DNA of 62,306 bases, counting the filler, from Choristocarpus tenellus KU-1152 (lineage: Eukaryota; Protista; Phaeophyceae), in NCBI GenBank assembly GCA_964200185.2. It is 9 parts of 9 records of this genome, joined end to end, with 100 filler letters (N's around TTAATTAATTAA, not from the genome) between each part and the next. Parts side by side here need not be neighbours in the genome. Positions count along the whole stretch, not along the records: positions 1 to 17,036 come from CAXNAD020000730.1; positions 17,137 to 21,049 come from CAXNAD020017190.1; positions 21,150 to 25,046 come from CAXNAD020017281.1; positions 25,147 to 32,481 come from CAXNAD020006316.1; 5 more parts are not named here. The stretch is one strand, 5' to 3'. The translations under genes were made by a program, and so were the position numbers. Each line of letters begins with the position of its first letter. Within the stretch, counting starts at the first letter, position 1. Positions 14,227-27,978 of this stretch are shown one piece after another. Under the pieces are notes generated by a model. The model had not been told where the DNA came from. It did no database searches and worked only from the letters and a program-made list of their open reading frames with translations.

Positions 14227-16978
14227 CTAAAAGCGTTCCCAAATCCCTTGATCCCCTGTGTAGTCCTTGCCCTCAGCAGGCAGCCCCCCCTCCGTTTGCA
14301 TGATTTTCTGTATCTTCAGGTGGCAATTGTGACTCAGGTCCTGTACATATATCCCCCCCAAAACAATCAAGGCACCAATCGGGAAGGAATGTCATGGGTC
14401 AAGAGTTAGGTGCTCCAGGTGATAGTATAAACATACCATACAGCCTTGAACAAGCATCACCAATAATGTGTTTTGTATAATGTATAATGCATAATGTACT
14501 ATAAATAATGTATCGTTCACAATGCACACATTTCTAACAGCACAATGTCAACACAGATCATGAGCTGAGTACACAATTGTCCTATCAATACAATAACATG
14601 TGCCCACCTGGTTGAAGCTTTCCCCCCTTTGGACACCTCCCCAGTCAAAGCCGGCAAACCATTGGTGTGTCATGATGGTCTTCACATCACCCTCCCTCGC
14701 CCCAAGGCGTTCCCTGCATGACATGGGGATACATTGCAAAGACACCACAACAAATTATCATCAGGACAAAAATTAATATCAACATTGAAGTACCTCTCAG
14801 CTCCAAAATAGTGAAAGCAGGCAAATATTGAAAGTAGACACTATTGCAGGATACAAACACACAACCTCCTTTTGATAACCTCTCATTTATTTATTTATTT
14901 TACATGCTAATGATGACATTTAGTAACTCCAACCCAATACACACAAAAACTACATGTAGTAGAGTATGTAAGTAGTAGTTGCTACTAGAAAAGGTGTGGG
15001 AAGGTGCGGGAAGGTGTGTGAACATTGCAACTGCTATCAGCCATCCCCTCATCACAATGCTTTGCATGTTTAGCACAAGTATGGCTTGTCAACATACATA
15101 CATACCCATGCACAAATGAACATACACTAACAAACTCCAGGCAACAGGCCTCAACCAATGGAATCAGGTTGCTTTCATTTCACCTCTATAAACACACATT
15201 AAACAACCACACAAAGAATGTACACAGCACACGCCACCTCAATACACCACAAAAACCATGAAACTGTTAGAAGGAGTGATTTTTCAAAAGCTACATCACC
15301 TTGCAGAGAGTGTAACTGCTACAACTGATCAATCACCCTTTGCAACACATTGTCACAACACTGGTGCACTATGCAACACCCTTCATTTTGGACTGTATTG
15401 ACTTATGTACATATTGTGTATGTGCCGGTTGTATCAAGTACAATAATGGCACAACGGTGGTAGTGGCAACAGTATCAATGATAACACAATAAAACAGGTA
15501 AAGAGTTAATACTTGGATAGTTAATAGTTAATAATAATGACCGCAAAGTGTTGTGGGTTTAGTTAGTCCCAAGAGTAGCAGTACACCATTCTTGTCAGTA
15601 TGTCATATTTCATTTCTAACATACAGGTTTCACATTTATCCACTAAATAGTTCAACATTTGGTGGAACAACTATCAATCTTCAAGGATAGATCTGGGAAC
15701 AAGACATGATCAAAGGCTGTACAGGACATCACAGATAGGACATCAAAGATAGGATCTGACAGTTGTGGAAAAGGGCCTCAACCTTGAAATGGCATATTTT
15801 CCCTCTCCACGATCTAACCCCCTTTGATGAACAGATTCACAACAAAGGTTGCTGCAATACTGTATGTATGCCTTTCAGCCAATGCAGATAATTTTCCTCC
15901 AACTACCATTAAAACAGCACACAGGTCAAGTCAAGATAAGGCATCAAAATTCACCCCCAAGTAAATGAAGAAAATGATAATACAATATCAAAAGAGTTAA
16001 CATTTACTCATTAGCACAGCTAAGACTTCAGAGAGAACCTGTTGAGGGTATGAGTAAAAATCGACTGCACCACTCAACGGTAAATGTATAGCGCCATACC
16101 ACTTCAACAACTCTCGACTTTCTTGTATGCAGTGATCAGGAAAATTCCGGACTAGTATGCAGCCAGTTGAGATAGAAGTGTAACCCTAACCCTAACCCTA
16201 ACCCTAACTTATATTTCTAAAATGCAATGGGTTGGTCTGATCCAAAATAAAAAACCCTGTAAGCAAGTCCCAGAATACCCTGTTCTGTTTGCTCTTCTAC
16301 CATTATTATTATTAATTTTTGTTGTTGATATCACATCAGTCAGGGGACAAGCCCAACCTGTGATCAGAGGTACAACACACTGGTCAACACTTCCCATTCC
16401 TACCAGTGACAAACCAAACCAACAACTACTGACTAACCCCTCTACCACAGTCAACTATGAAGAACCAACTAACCCTTCTACTACAGTCAATTATGAAATA
16501 TTGGTACTTACCCTGGGTCATGATGTAACAGTCTGTCCAAGAGGTCACACAATGCAGGTGAGAAAGATGATGGATAGACTAACTCTCCTCCCCGGTGAGA
16601 ACTGATCTTGTTGTATATGTTCATCTCTGAATCAGCTGGTTAGAGAGGAAGGGCCATATGGTAGGAATGAACAAGGGCAACGAATGTCAACAGACAACTA
16701 TACTATACTATACATATATATAGTTTACTAGTATCAAAGCAAAGTCTCTAATTGGGTATAGCCGTCATCAACACCCCAGTAACTTCAACTTATCTCCATT
16801 GTTGTACAGCATTGGTCTCTCAAAATAGATTGGTAAAATCTTGACTCTCAAGGTGTTAGCCCTTATCCCTATTGGACACATGCTCACCTGCAAATGGAGA
16901 AATTCCATGTGTCATTTCATAGATGAGTACGCCAAGTCCCCAAAAATCCACAGCAATAGAATGACCTTGATGCCGAAC
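14227..16978 (-). CDS. AGC-family Ser/Thr kinase (PKA/PKG-like), C-terminal four exons; 5' part lies beyond the contig
   Basis: Exons 16978-16888 (GHSIAVDFWGLGVLIYEMTHGISPF, subdomain IX), 16635-16512 (MNIYNKI..DLLDRLLHHDP), 14713-14608 (ERLGAREGDVKTIMTHQWFAGFDW) and 14340-14227 (..YTGDQGIWERF*). Intron phases join correctly. Confidence 0.88.
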
Positions 16979-17036
16979 CTTTGGCAAGGGGGGGGGGGGG
17001 GATGATCACACCCAAGCAAATGAAGAACCCATAATA

Positions 17037-17136
17037 NNNNNNNNNNNNNNNNNNNNNNNNNNNNNNNNNNNNNNNNNNNNTTAATTAATTAANNNNNNNN
17101 NNNNNNNNNNNNNNNNNNNNNNNNNNNNNNNNNNNN
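17037..17136. other. Artificial contig spacer (44 N + TTAATTAATTAA + 44 N); identical spacers at 21050, 25047, 32482, 39337, 48425, 55466 and 59387
   Basis: Eight identical 100-nt blocks; the 12-mer gives stop codons in all six frames. Confidence 0.97.
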
Positions 17137-17273
17137 GGGCATCTGTTTCGGTCAAACAACTCTTTTTTTCATGACATTTCAAATCCGATACGTGCGACCA
17201 AATCACACCAAAAAGTGAAAATCGAAAAAAGAGTGAAAAACGGACGCCGACACCCCCCCAGATACTTCGACTC
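17137..17273. mobile_element. MITE family B2, partial (cut by spacer)
   Basis: Ends CCCCCCCAGATACTTCGACTC; internal TCAAACAACTC shared with 32404-32481. Confidence 0.7.
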
Positions 17274-17451
17274 ATTGTAAGAATTTCTTCACGCTTTGTC
17301 AACAGCATTCCACCCTTCTGTCTGGAGAATCACATGTGCTAAGAAGATGCTGTGACAGTCCTGACAAGTGATATCAAGTTCTCGAGCAAAACTAAACAAG
17401 AACTACCCAAGTTTTGACTGCTAAATATCTTACGCCACCTTTTTCACCTTT

Positions 17452-17629
17452 GTGTCAAAGTATCTGGTGGAGGGTGGTTGCTGTCCATTTGGGGTCCATT
17501 CTTCCATGTTGCGATTTTTGGGTGATTTGATTGCATGCATCGAATGGATGATGTAAGTGCAATTTTCCTGGTCAGGGCTCAAATGGACACCCTGGTGTAG
17601 ACCCCCCCAAAAAAAAAATACTTCGAGCC
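17452..17629. mobile_element. MITE family B1, complete (~178 bp), 4-bp TSD CTTT
   Basis: Termini GTGTCAAAGTATCT...ATACTTCGAGCC with CTTT on both flanks; similar to 19125-19270, 25147-25316 and 37247-37430. Confidence 0.82.
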
Positions 17630-19124
17630 CTTTTGCAGTTCACCCTTATTTCTATGGATGAAGTCATACATCGACTTGAGAGAGTTGATTTCTTTATTTC
17701 GAACATTTTGGACAGGATTCCGAACGCATTTGTACAAAAAGTCGAAAGTTGCACATATTTGTCAGCATCGTTAATATGCAATCCTGGGTACCTCTGCCTT
17801 TCTTCTCATGCAACAACCATAGTGGGCCACTGTCGACCTTCTATGGCCAAGGTGGGATGATGTAGTAGTCTCGATGATGCTCAATAATGTAGGCGGAAGA
17901 TGAGGTCCGTAGAGGGCAACTCAAGACGAATGGATGCCCATTATAGCTGAATGGCATCAGATCAGACCTTAGCTTTGATAAAGCTGTACTTTTTTACAGA
18001 AATGCAACGAGTGACTCCATCTCATAGAGGTGGGCAATAGTATCATCATTACGATCCGAATGTCGCACATATTCGGGTATTATAAATCATCTAAAAATAC
18101 CATTCATTAAAGTATATACCATAAATCTTACAAAATGACACCAGCAACTCGAACCCATCCATCGACCAGGCCCGCAATCTTGTACCAGCCTATTTAGTGG
18201 GGTGACCAAATACCCTATCTGCTGCTACAACATACTACTTAGTATTAAATACTACTACAATTGTGGGGTAGATGAAGGAATCAGTGACGCCATGAATGGA
18301 AGGATACCTTACTGCAAAGCAGGCCAGAACACATTTTAAATCGCACAAGCAACACCTTTCTGGGGTAGGAAAGTGGGCGTGTAATTAGGTACAATTTTCA
18401 ATTGTCGAAAAGGTCAGTTGGCATTATAATCGTGATCATTGTCTCTTTCGCAAATATGAACATATGTAACATGTCCGTTCACCATTTTGTCAGTAAGATA
18501 GGTAGATATTTTATTATTTTTATTGAAAAAACATCCAATACACAATACTGAATGGACATAATATATACTACTACCTCTGTTCGAAAAAAATGACATATTT
18601 GAAAACGTTTCGAATTATATATTGAAAGGGTACCCCATGTCTTTGTATGTAGTAGGTGTGTGTCCCAATGGAGGATAGAAAGTACTTCGTACCTTGGCAT
18701 ACTTTGTACCCATTAGTCTTAGAAACAGGGGAAGTTCTTTAACACTCCAAGACCCTCGATGATCTTGAGTGTGGTCCACCTTAGCTTTTTCCATTTGCCT
18801 ACACCAGCAAGGAACGACTCAAGATAGATTGAGCACGACCTATACAAAAATTTCAAACTTATCCCTGTGGTCATGCAGTATTGACGAGGGGATACCTGTA
18901 TATAGCTACAATGTCAAGGTGTTGCTGGCTAATATTTTTTGTGGGAATCAGTTCGCGGTCATCTCATAACTCATCAACGTTGATGACATTGCAGGTCCAG
19001 TTCCCCCTCCGCTGCGCCCCTATATCAGGTCCACAATACCGGTATCATTTGGTCCTTGTACAACCTCCATATTCTCAACAGCGACTTTCTATTGATGCAA
19101 ACTTCTCTGAGAATGCTTGATTGC

Positions 19125-19270
19125 CATATTTGGGGTCAATTTTTTCATGTCGCGATTTTTGTGTAATTTGGTTGCATATGTCGGATGGATAATATAAATT
19201 CACTTTGCTGATTTTGGTCCAAATGGACACCCTGGTTTAGACCTCACCCCCCTCCCAGATACTTTGGGTC
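19125..19270. mobile_element. MITE family B1, truncated at one end
   Basis: Ends AAATGGACACCCTGGTTTAGACC..CCCAGATACTTTGGGTC; colinear with 17452-17629. Confidence 0.75.
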
Positions 19271-20833
19271 TGTATTATTGTAAATACTACTTCTATTACG
19301 ATAGTATTTCTACTAGTACATTTTATATTGTTGTCATCACATTGTTAGTCCAAGAATGTCAGGTATTGGGTTGGCGGGCAACGACAAGTTTTGCTTGTCA
19401 GGCAGACACAGGTAGGCCCTTGTGTTCTAGGATCGCCTTCTAGTATATTTGGAAACCCCTATATGTAGGGTGTATATGACACAGAGTCCACACATACCAA
19501 GCCATCAACACCTAGGCCAAGAACTAGTCATAAACCTATTGAGTCACAACGCCACAAAGTGGCAATGGCTCAGCAATACTTATTACTACCTGATGGAATC
19601 ATGGTATGAAACTGGAGGGATCAAACCAAAGTCAGATCAACCTGCGCAAGGACTTCACTCATTTAATTGAAGTCGCACCTGATCGGACAGGACCTGCTAC
19701 CTTAGGCAAGGGAATTAACTCATTATGTCGTCTCTCCTTTCAGATGCACATTGATTGACTTACTGTGCATTTTGCCAAAACCGATCGGTATATTTTTAAG
19801 GGTTGCCTAAATCGTTACCAAAGTACTGTAACAAGGACATGGATGACATGGATGACAGCCATCCACTCCAGAATTTGCAGATGGCAGCAGAGTAGGTGTT
19901 GATCGACCACGAGCTAAACCAATTGAGAGGTAGGCATATTTAGACCCGTATGCATCCCAAGCCATCTTTCCTGCCCTCTGCAATACACTCTGCTTTGTTG
20001 CTTTACGTGAACAATAGTGCACGCAAAATATATGTTCCTTCTTTCCTCACACAAAGTGACACCACAATTCAGCAAATAATCCTTCCAAAATGGTACGATG
20101 TGGCACATTTTGCCCTTTCTTGGGATCCTTAAAATGAAACCCTGCCTACCTTTCAGTTGATTCGACTCCACAGGAATAACTCCGCTGCAACCACAGCAAA
20201 TGGTAGGGATATCCACTGAGGGGAGCCTGCGGGCATGATGCAGTTTACATTGTGCAAGGCCAGTTCTTTCAAGGTAGGCATGCGCAGAGAGGTCACTGAC
20301 GCATGACCCCTAATACCATGGCAAATGGTGTATATGTGCGTGCCAACCCTGAATTAATCCAAGGTGGAGCACAAAAGTATGAGAAGACATACACTAGTAA
20401 GGGCGGGGAATTGGATTAAGATGACATTTCATAGGAGTTGTGGTCATGCAGGAAGAGCAACAGCAGTAGTCTCTTGGGTGATTCTGATAATGACACTGAA
20501 GACATGATGGGCCACATGTATGTAGTGCTAACTCCATAGAGGATAAATATAGGTTGTCCAATCACACAAAGACACGTCTTTTTTAAGTGCTGGAGGATCC
20601 ACAATCCACATAATACATAACCCCTACTACTACTTAGAAAGTATAAATTCAAAATGTTATTTCGCAACAAAAATTGCCCGAAGTGAATTATTCTTTCTAC
20701 GTTCTTCTTTGTTTAAATTTAGTTTTTGCCTCATGTCCACTGACACATTACCATTGTTGTCAGTAGTGACAAGGAGAAAGAACCTGCAAGAAGAGAATAC
20801 AATGAGACAACAAGGCTTTCCTTTGATATACCT

Positions 20834-21049
20834 GAGTGAAAGTATCTTAGAGGGTACGAGTTTTGCCCTGTTTGTCCATTAGGGGCTTGCCTTCCCTCGG
20901 GTGTTTTTATGACATTTTCTTACTCCATAATATTTCGAAGTAGGTAAAATGTGTATGTTGTGAAAAGGTGTGTCCGCGACAAGGATATTGACACTTCCTA
21001 AAAAACATGACAGTCAAAATTATATCAAAATCGCAACACTGGATTTTGG
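20834..21049. mobile_element. MITE family A, cut by spacer
   Basis: Starts GAGTGAAAGTATCTTAGAGGGTACGAGTTTTGCCCTG; colinear with 26621-26886. Confidence 0.85.
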
Positions 21050-21149
21050 NNNNNNNNNNNNNNNNNNNNNNNNNNNNNNNNNNNNNNNNNNNNTTAATTA
21101 ATTAANNNNNNNNNNNNNNNNNNNNNNNNNNNNNNNNNNNNNNNNNNNN

Positions 21150-21215
21150 GTTTTCGCAAAACAACCATCCTCATAGTCCTGCACCATCCTCAATTTTGAG
21201 AAATCCCTGTTATAG
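21150..21215. repeat. Dispersed repeat end, reverse complement of 55399-55465
   Basis: GTTTTCGCAAAACAACCATCCTCATAGTCC..CCATCCTCAATTTTGA matches the end of contig 7 in reverse; AAAATTGAGGATGGAGCG also occurs near 39238. Confidence 0.75.
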
Positions 21216-21742
21216 ACCTTTCAATTGGAAAGGACTCACGATTGAGAAAAATGAAGTGTCACATTTCATGTCTTCATCTTTTAGATCGAATATTAAGGAC
21301 TAGCAGGGTAGTTAAAAGTAGTGCAGATACGTAAAATCCTTTTTGCTATCTTAATGAAAGTTCACAAATTGCATAATTTTAGCATTTTTTGGACCAGACA
21401 GAATAATACTTTAAACATACATGTATTTCTAGCAACATTATTCTTAAATTGTAAGAATAGTGTTCCCGGTACAGAAAGTGAAATCAACTGAGAAAAAGAT
21501 GGAACAGGAGATTATTCATCAAAGAAAAATGTTCATCACATATGGAGCTTACAAATCATGCAATTTTGAAGTTAAGCAACATCATCTGCCAAAAATAAGT
21601 GAAGAATTTGACCTGTACACCTGTTTATACAGCTTGCTAGTCAGATATTGTCGGGAAAATAGCAAAAGAATAAATGTACTAACCCTAACCCTAACCCTAA
21701 CCCAAACATACTTAGCACTACTCAAACATATTCCATCCCAGG

Positions 21743-23969
21743 CTAGAGGTTTGAATTGATAGATGATCTGGCGAGAAAAGTATATATATCCCTGAAGATA
21801 TATTTTTATCTTACATGCCAGTGTTGCACTGAAGGACAGATTATCAAAAGGATACTAACAGAACACACAGAAAGGCTAGGGTTAGGGTAAGTGACAACTA
21901 AAAATATTCATTCTAGAAGTGCCTTTGGTATGAACTCTACAACACATAATTGCAGCAAGTGGTTATATGAAAAATATTTTATATTACATATATGAAATAC
22001 AAGATATTTACACACCAACTACAAGCAGTGCCGATAAATAATTGCTACAAAAAATAACAAGTGAAATAATCAATACGCAACTGATCATTCCTAACATACA
22101 TTAAAACCTACCATCATTACAACAGTCTCTAATGAAAACAGATTAATTAGACAAGACATCCCGACCAGAAATAGCGCTACCAAAATAACATACACCAGCC
22201 CTACAAAATTTGAAATGTGAAATAAGCATACAATATTAACAAAGGTGACCTCTACCTCAAAGTATGGAATACATACTCCAATTTCATGTACTGAACTTCT
22301 GGGATGAACAAAGCAGGTTCCTCACTCTGTACCTTCCCAAGTAATAATAACAAAAAATTGGCGTACCAAAACAATAAGAAACAAAAATAGGCTACGAGAT
22401 GGAAATGTAGGAAATATACACCATAAAAAAGATAAAATATTTCCCACCTTTTTTCCTCTTTTTCTTTAAGCTACAAGACAATCGCACAGACCAGGAATAC
22501 GGATCTTATCAACCAAGCTCACCTCCATCAGCATGGCGTATATTTGGGGGTGTTGGTCCAAAATTGCCAAGAGCGTTTGCAGCATCTCACCCTTGGTCTC
22601 ATCATTGTCTCGCCTTCAACTGGAAATATCAAGAAGGGTTAGGGATAGGACGATTAATTCCTAACAGTGTTCACCCATCCGCACAAAGGATGCAATACTA
22701 ATACTTAGGGTGTTAGGGTTAGGACTTGAGTTCCAGTGTTGCAGGGGATGGGTAAGGCAAGGTACAAATGCCAAAATACAAGTGCATCAGAAAGAGAAAA
22801 TTGTAAGGACGTCTCTGTAGACAACACATTACGGCATCTGATAAAATAAACTTACTAATAAACAATGCCCTTGTCTGTTTCCTCACCCTAAGCCCAACCC
22901 AGGTTCAAAGTACAACAATATAGACCAGGTCTAATGTGTCATCAACACACCTGTCAAACTTAAAGAGTGTGTCCATGAACGACTCTTGGTGGTCAAGGAA
23001 GGTCTGAACCTCTCCATTATTCCCCTTGATACAAAACCGATGCAGTTCAAACAGCTCAGGTGGGTGAAAAGGACTACACATAACACACAACACACAGAGT
23101 AGAGGAAGGGGTATAGGGAGCAGGTCAGGGACTAGGACTTGGTGAAAGGGGTTCTGGTGCCAGTACCAGCGTGCCTATGCAATAAGATCAAAAGGAATAC
23201 TACCATCTAGTCCTAACTTCGAAAGATTGAAATATTTTTTAACAACATTAAATCAAAGATGGAATAATATTTATCCAGTTTGGCAGACTTTATTCCACTG
23301 CCGACTATGACAGGGTCTGTTGTAACATGGTACACTCATAGTACCAGTACAGCACCATCAGACATAAACTTAGCTCACAAGTACACAGAACGGCCAAACA
23401 TATCACCACCACAGCAATGCAGAACAAATACTAATAAATCGAACCTTAGTCCACAACACTGCAGGTTCCACATGTATCAGAGCAAGTACAAATACTGTAC
23501 CGTCAAATTACTTGATAGTATGTTACCACCATAGTACACATTCACAAAACTAAAGCAAGTACCGATAACATAACTCAATGCCCTTATCAATACAGTTCAC
23601 AGTACTACTAGTACTACTAATCTAACAGCCCAATCTAAATCCGAACAGTCTTTCAAGGACCCGATTAATTTACTACTAAGGTACCTCCACAGTACCAATA
23701 CGCTAATACCTATCACTCCAGTACACGTACACAGTCAAGTACGGTACACCATTGGTACTGCCAGAAGTACAAGAGACCAGGTATCTACACTACCAAGACC
23801 AACAATCCTACCTGCCAGTTCTCCTCGGCCTTGAGAATCTCAAACACACGAGGTACTAGATAGAGGAAGGGCCAGAACAGCAGCACAATGTGACCAGCAG
23901 CAGCCTGAGACATGAACTCAGACAGGTCACCTCCTTCTTGATTCTGTTGACGTACATCACCTCCCAGTG
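21743..23969 (-). CDS. Spliced gene of unknown function, 3' part
   Basis: Phase-compatible exons 23969-23812 (..GHIVLLFWPFLYLVPRVFEILKAEENWQ), 23054-22951 (LFELHRFCIKG..TLFKFD; GAG acceptor), 22613-22523 (RDNDETKGEMLQTLLAILDQHPQIYAMLME), 22332-22256 (VQSEEPALFIPEVQYMKLEYVFHTL) and 21791-21743 (DIYTFLARSSINSNL*). Base skew fits minus-strand transcription. Confidence 0.65.
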
Positions 23970-25146
23970 CTATTAGCAAACCCAAGAGGAGACGTAGGGT
24001 ACCGTTGCAAGCAAGAAGGAAAAAACAATAAAACAATAAAGTGCCAGTCAGGTTTAGGGTTGAGTGAAGGTGTTAAAAAGAGGGTTGCTAGTGGGATATT
24101 TAGAGAGATATATGTATTTTTACATACTTCAATTGCACTTAGATTTATAAATGGTCCGTCTAGGGGTTAGGGTTAGGGTTGTCTATCGACACTCATACCA
24201 ATACAAAAGAGGCCCTGCAGAGGAATGAATTAAAACCTATCCTAGGTCTAACCCTACCACCAGCTAACCCTAACCTTTACAAACAAAGTGGCTAAGTAGT
24301 ACCACAACGGTTAACCAATCACATTGTGCAAACACACCAAACCAAGAATATAAGAATAATACCAACAAATTGTACAAATTGTGTGCTTCAGACAAAAAAA
24401 AGTAATAGTACAGTCTTGTGTCATATGAAAATAGTAACATAGCTTCACCTTAGTCAATACCTCACACATCATCAGGGAGCTTGGTAGTTTTGCAAAATTG
24501 TTCAACATTCAATTTGATATTTCACCCTAAGGGTAGAGCACATTGCCGGTACACCCGATAGTTTAAACAGAATATACCGTCTACTGTACCAAGTACCAAC
24601 TGCACCAAGTATCCAAGACACAATGTGCAAGGCTTTCAACATGTATATACAGCCTCAAACCCTCAGTATTCACTCACTTATGAACCTCTTAGCAGAATGC
24701 ACAAAACCTCCAAAACAAAAGGCCAACCAGTCACCCCCCCCCCCTGCCCTCTCCCTCTCCATGGACCAACTCGGATATGGTCACAGGACATTAAAAACAC
24801 AGTTGATTCAATACAATTCAAAGATTATTTGATTGGTCCAATTATTGCTATTCGTGCAACCCCAACCCCCCCTGCTCCCAAATAACCCCCTTGATCCAAG
24901 TGTCCTATCCCATCAAGAGCAACCTCGTACAGTATACAACTGCAATATAGATGTACACACAACACTCAGAGCAACAGAATACTTGAGGTGGCTTGATCCT
25001 CGGTGGGTCTTGATCCTCCTCCACCTTCCATCCTCTACCACACCTGNNNNNNNNNNNNNNNNNNNNNNNNNNNNNNNNNNNNNNNNNNNNTTAATTAATT
25101 AANNNNNNNNNNNNNNNNNNNNNNNNNNNNNNNNNNNNNNNNNNNN

Positions 25147-25316
25147 GGGGGGGGGGGGGGGGGGGGTCTACACCAGGGTGTCCATTTTGGACCATGACCA
25201 GGAAAAGGGCACTTACATTATCCATTCGATGTATGCAACCATATTACCAAAAAATCGCAACATGAAAAAATTGACCCCAAATGGACAGCCGCCACCCCCC
25301 CCAGATACTTTGAGCC
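25147..25316. mobile_element. MITE family B1, cut by spacer
   Basis: poly-G, GTCTACACCAGGGTGTCCATTT...CCCAGATACTTTGAGCC. Confidence 0.8.
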
Positions 25317-26620
25317 ATTTTCACATATGTGCTTATTGACTCAGAAGAGTATCTTTATCTGCTGACCTGATATTCACCATCCTCGTTGGACCTTTTGACT
25401 GTCGGAGTATCCCAGGAGTCCTGTACAAGCATCAGCACCATCTACAGATCTGTGGGTTGGAGCTATATACATCCCGTGGAGGTAAGCTTTGGAGCGTGCT
25501 GTAACACTTCTCCCTCCCTAGGGACCAGCTGGCCGTGAATCTAAACTCTATGGGAGGGATCTGGCATCCTGACTCCAGGGGTTGTGTGGAGGCCCATGCA
25601 TTCGCTCCTTGTCCACACTGTCTTCGGTGGTGGGCCAGGGCTAGCGAGGAACTTTCCTTCCCTTGTTCCACTTTGTCAGGCAAGGCGACCAACTGCGTCT
25701 GAAAAGAGTCAAAGCAGATCCTGTCTACGGGAAGGGTGATCTCATGTTGTACGCTCCTTGTGTTCCTGACATCATGACCGGCCAGAGTGTGAACCTCTGG
25801 GGCAGGTGCGGGGGTTGTTGTTCCCCCCCAGGCTACCCAGCCTTGACCAATAATTTCCGTCAAGTCTTCTGGAGGGACTTCTATAGAGAGGAGGGTGTGG
25901 ATAGATGATCCCAAAGCCCTTACTGTAGGGCTCATACAGATGGCTTGTGAGAAAGACTTTCCATGGGACCCTTGTTGCCTTGTTAAAAGGGTGGGGAGAG
26001 GAGCCACCAGTGATCCTATGAAAGCTGCATGCTGGCGATGCTTCATAGAGGATAGGCCCAACCCCTCCGAACTTGTGGGCATCTTTGCCTATACTTGTTG
26101 GTATGTCTTTAGGCGAAGATACCCATTGTCACACACACCTTCAAAGACGTCAGTGGCTCCCACCGAGTCTGGTACCTCCGTCATCTTCTCTAGCGTCCAC
26201 AATGAGGTATTGTCTGCTTGCTCCCTGGTGGAGCGTGCCACGTGGGGGGGAGTGACCCTTGCCAAATAGCCTAAATGGGAGGAAAGGGGCCAGGAGTTAA
26301 GGAGACAGGCAACTAGTTTGTCCTCCATCTCACTGAGGTGCGTGGAGAGTGTTTGTGACCCAGAGGTCTCGATCACCTCAGCCATGTGGGCTTGGATGAA
26401 TCCATCTGTTCCCACTGGAACCCCCAATGTAACAAAACCATTTGGGTTTGAGGCCAGGTTGATTCCCGCTGTAGCCAGAAGTTCCAATTCTGAGGGTGTT
26501 GGTTGGTGGTCCTGGGGACGTGCAGCAAAGATCTTGTCCATGATGAGGACAATGCCTACCTCATTTACATCAGTTTTTAGCTGCTTGAAAGCAACTATCG
26601 TGTTATGGTTGATCTCTCTT

Positions 26621-26886
26621 GAGTGAAAGCATCTTAGAGGGTACGAGTTTTGCCCTGTCTGTCAGTTTGGGGCTTTGCTTCCCACGAGTTTTTATTACAC
26701 TTTCCTACTCCGAAATGTTTCGGAATAGGAAAATGTATACGTTTTTGGAGTAGGTATCATGTACATATCCAGATTAAGGATATTGACACTTCCTAACAAA
26801 CATGATCGATAAAAATACATCAAAACCGCAACATTGGATTTTGACCCGAAACGGACGCTGCTCTATCCTCTAAGATACTTTGACTC
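26621..26886. mobile_element. MITE family A, complete (266 bp), 3-bp TSD CTT, inserted in the RT
   Basis: TIRs GAGTGAAAGCATCTTAGAGG / CCTCTAAGATACTTTGACTC with CTT on both flanks. Confidence 0.9.
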
Positions 26887-27616
26887 CTTGCAGAAATGGA
26901 TGTGTCATCCAGATAACTTCGGGAGGAGACCTGGGGTCCAAACGTAGACAGAACCCGCTGTAGGCCTTTGGAGATCGCCATGCAATAAAAGAGGGGGCCA
27001 AGGGGGTCCACTTGCTGTGACTCTGACCTCGATGGCATTATATTTTTATCCCTCTTCATCATCAGGGGGAAGAGAATATTGTGGATGTCCCCGTACACCT
27101 TGGACACGTAGGGCAGGAGTCCTGGTAGAGTCCCAGGGAGAGTCTTGATGAAGGTCGAGCAGCATACGCTGTTGAAGGTGTTTCTTCCGTCTAGTTTAAT
27201 GTCCCATTTGCCACATTCCTTAGGCAAATGTCCAGAAGGGCACGCTCCACCCTGTTTGGAACCCCTACAACAAATTTTCCCTTTCCGCCGAAATATTCCT
27301 CCAAGTAGGAGCGCCAGTCTGCACAGAAGACTGAAGCACATGCCCATCCAAAGAAAGAGCCACAGATTACCGGACACTTCTCTCCAATTGCGGACAGTCT
27401 GGAGTTTGTGTGGAGCGTCCAAAACTCCAGAGATAAAGAATCCGGGGAGGTGTAGACTAGCTCCCAAAGCTTCATAAACACCTCCGCCACTCCTTCATGG
27501 TCAACATATGTCGCAAAGGCTGATCTGATATAGCTGAGGCGCATCCCACCAGGGCCTGGTGCAGAGTTACTATTCGCCCTCATGAAGGCCGTCCGCAGGG
27601 AGGTGAGGGTATACTC

Positions 27617-27978
27617 TGTTAAAGAATGTGTAGGATCCCAAGTGTTGATATTGAAAGATGTAAATTAGCTCCTTCTTAGTTATGTTTTAGTAGGTAGAAA
27701 GTTGGAGTGAGAAACACCATCCAAAGTGTGGGGGGGTTGGTGGTAGACCTTTCACTCATCCTATGTTACTTGCTACAACATTCCTTTTCTAGGATTATTC
27801 TAATGACGCTGCAATAACCCGGATATTATTCTCTTAGCCACTCAACCGAAAGATTACTATCAATTATCCAGATATCCAATAGTTCTCTAACAGTTCCCAA
27901 CAACTCTCTAATTATTCAACAACCGATTGTTTCCTTAATAAGTATCTTCCCACAATAATTTAAAGCATAATCTTGACA
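27617..27978 (-). mobile_element. Solo LTR (Copia-associated family), 5-bp TSD TACTC
   Basis: TG...CA ends with TACTC on both flanks; reverse-complement similarity to the LTR at 33860-34217. Confidence 0.85.

Noticed and set aside
14281-14292. Frameshift at the poly-C run in the last kinase exon
   Set aside because: Counting seven C's keeps the frame through to YTGDQGIWERF*.
16181-16208. True chromosome end
   Set aside because: Only 4-5 units inside an intron with unique flanks.
17081-17092. Recurrent palindrome TTAATTAATTAA as a biological motif
   Set aside because: Always centred in identical N blocks; it is an assembly linker.
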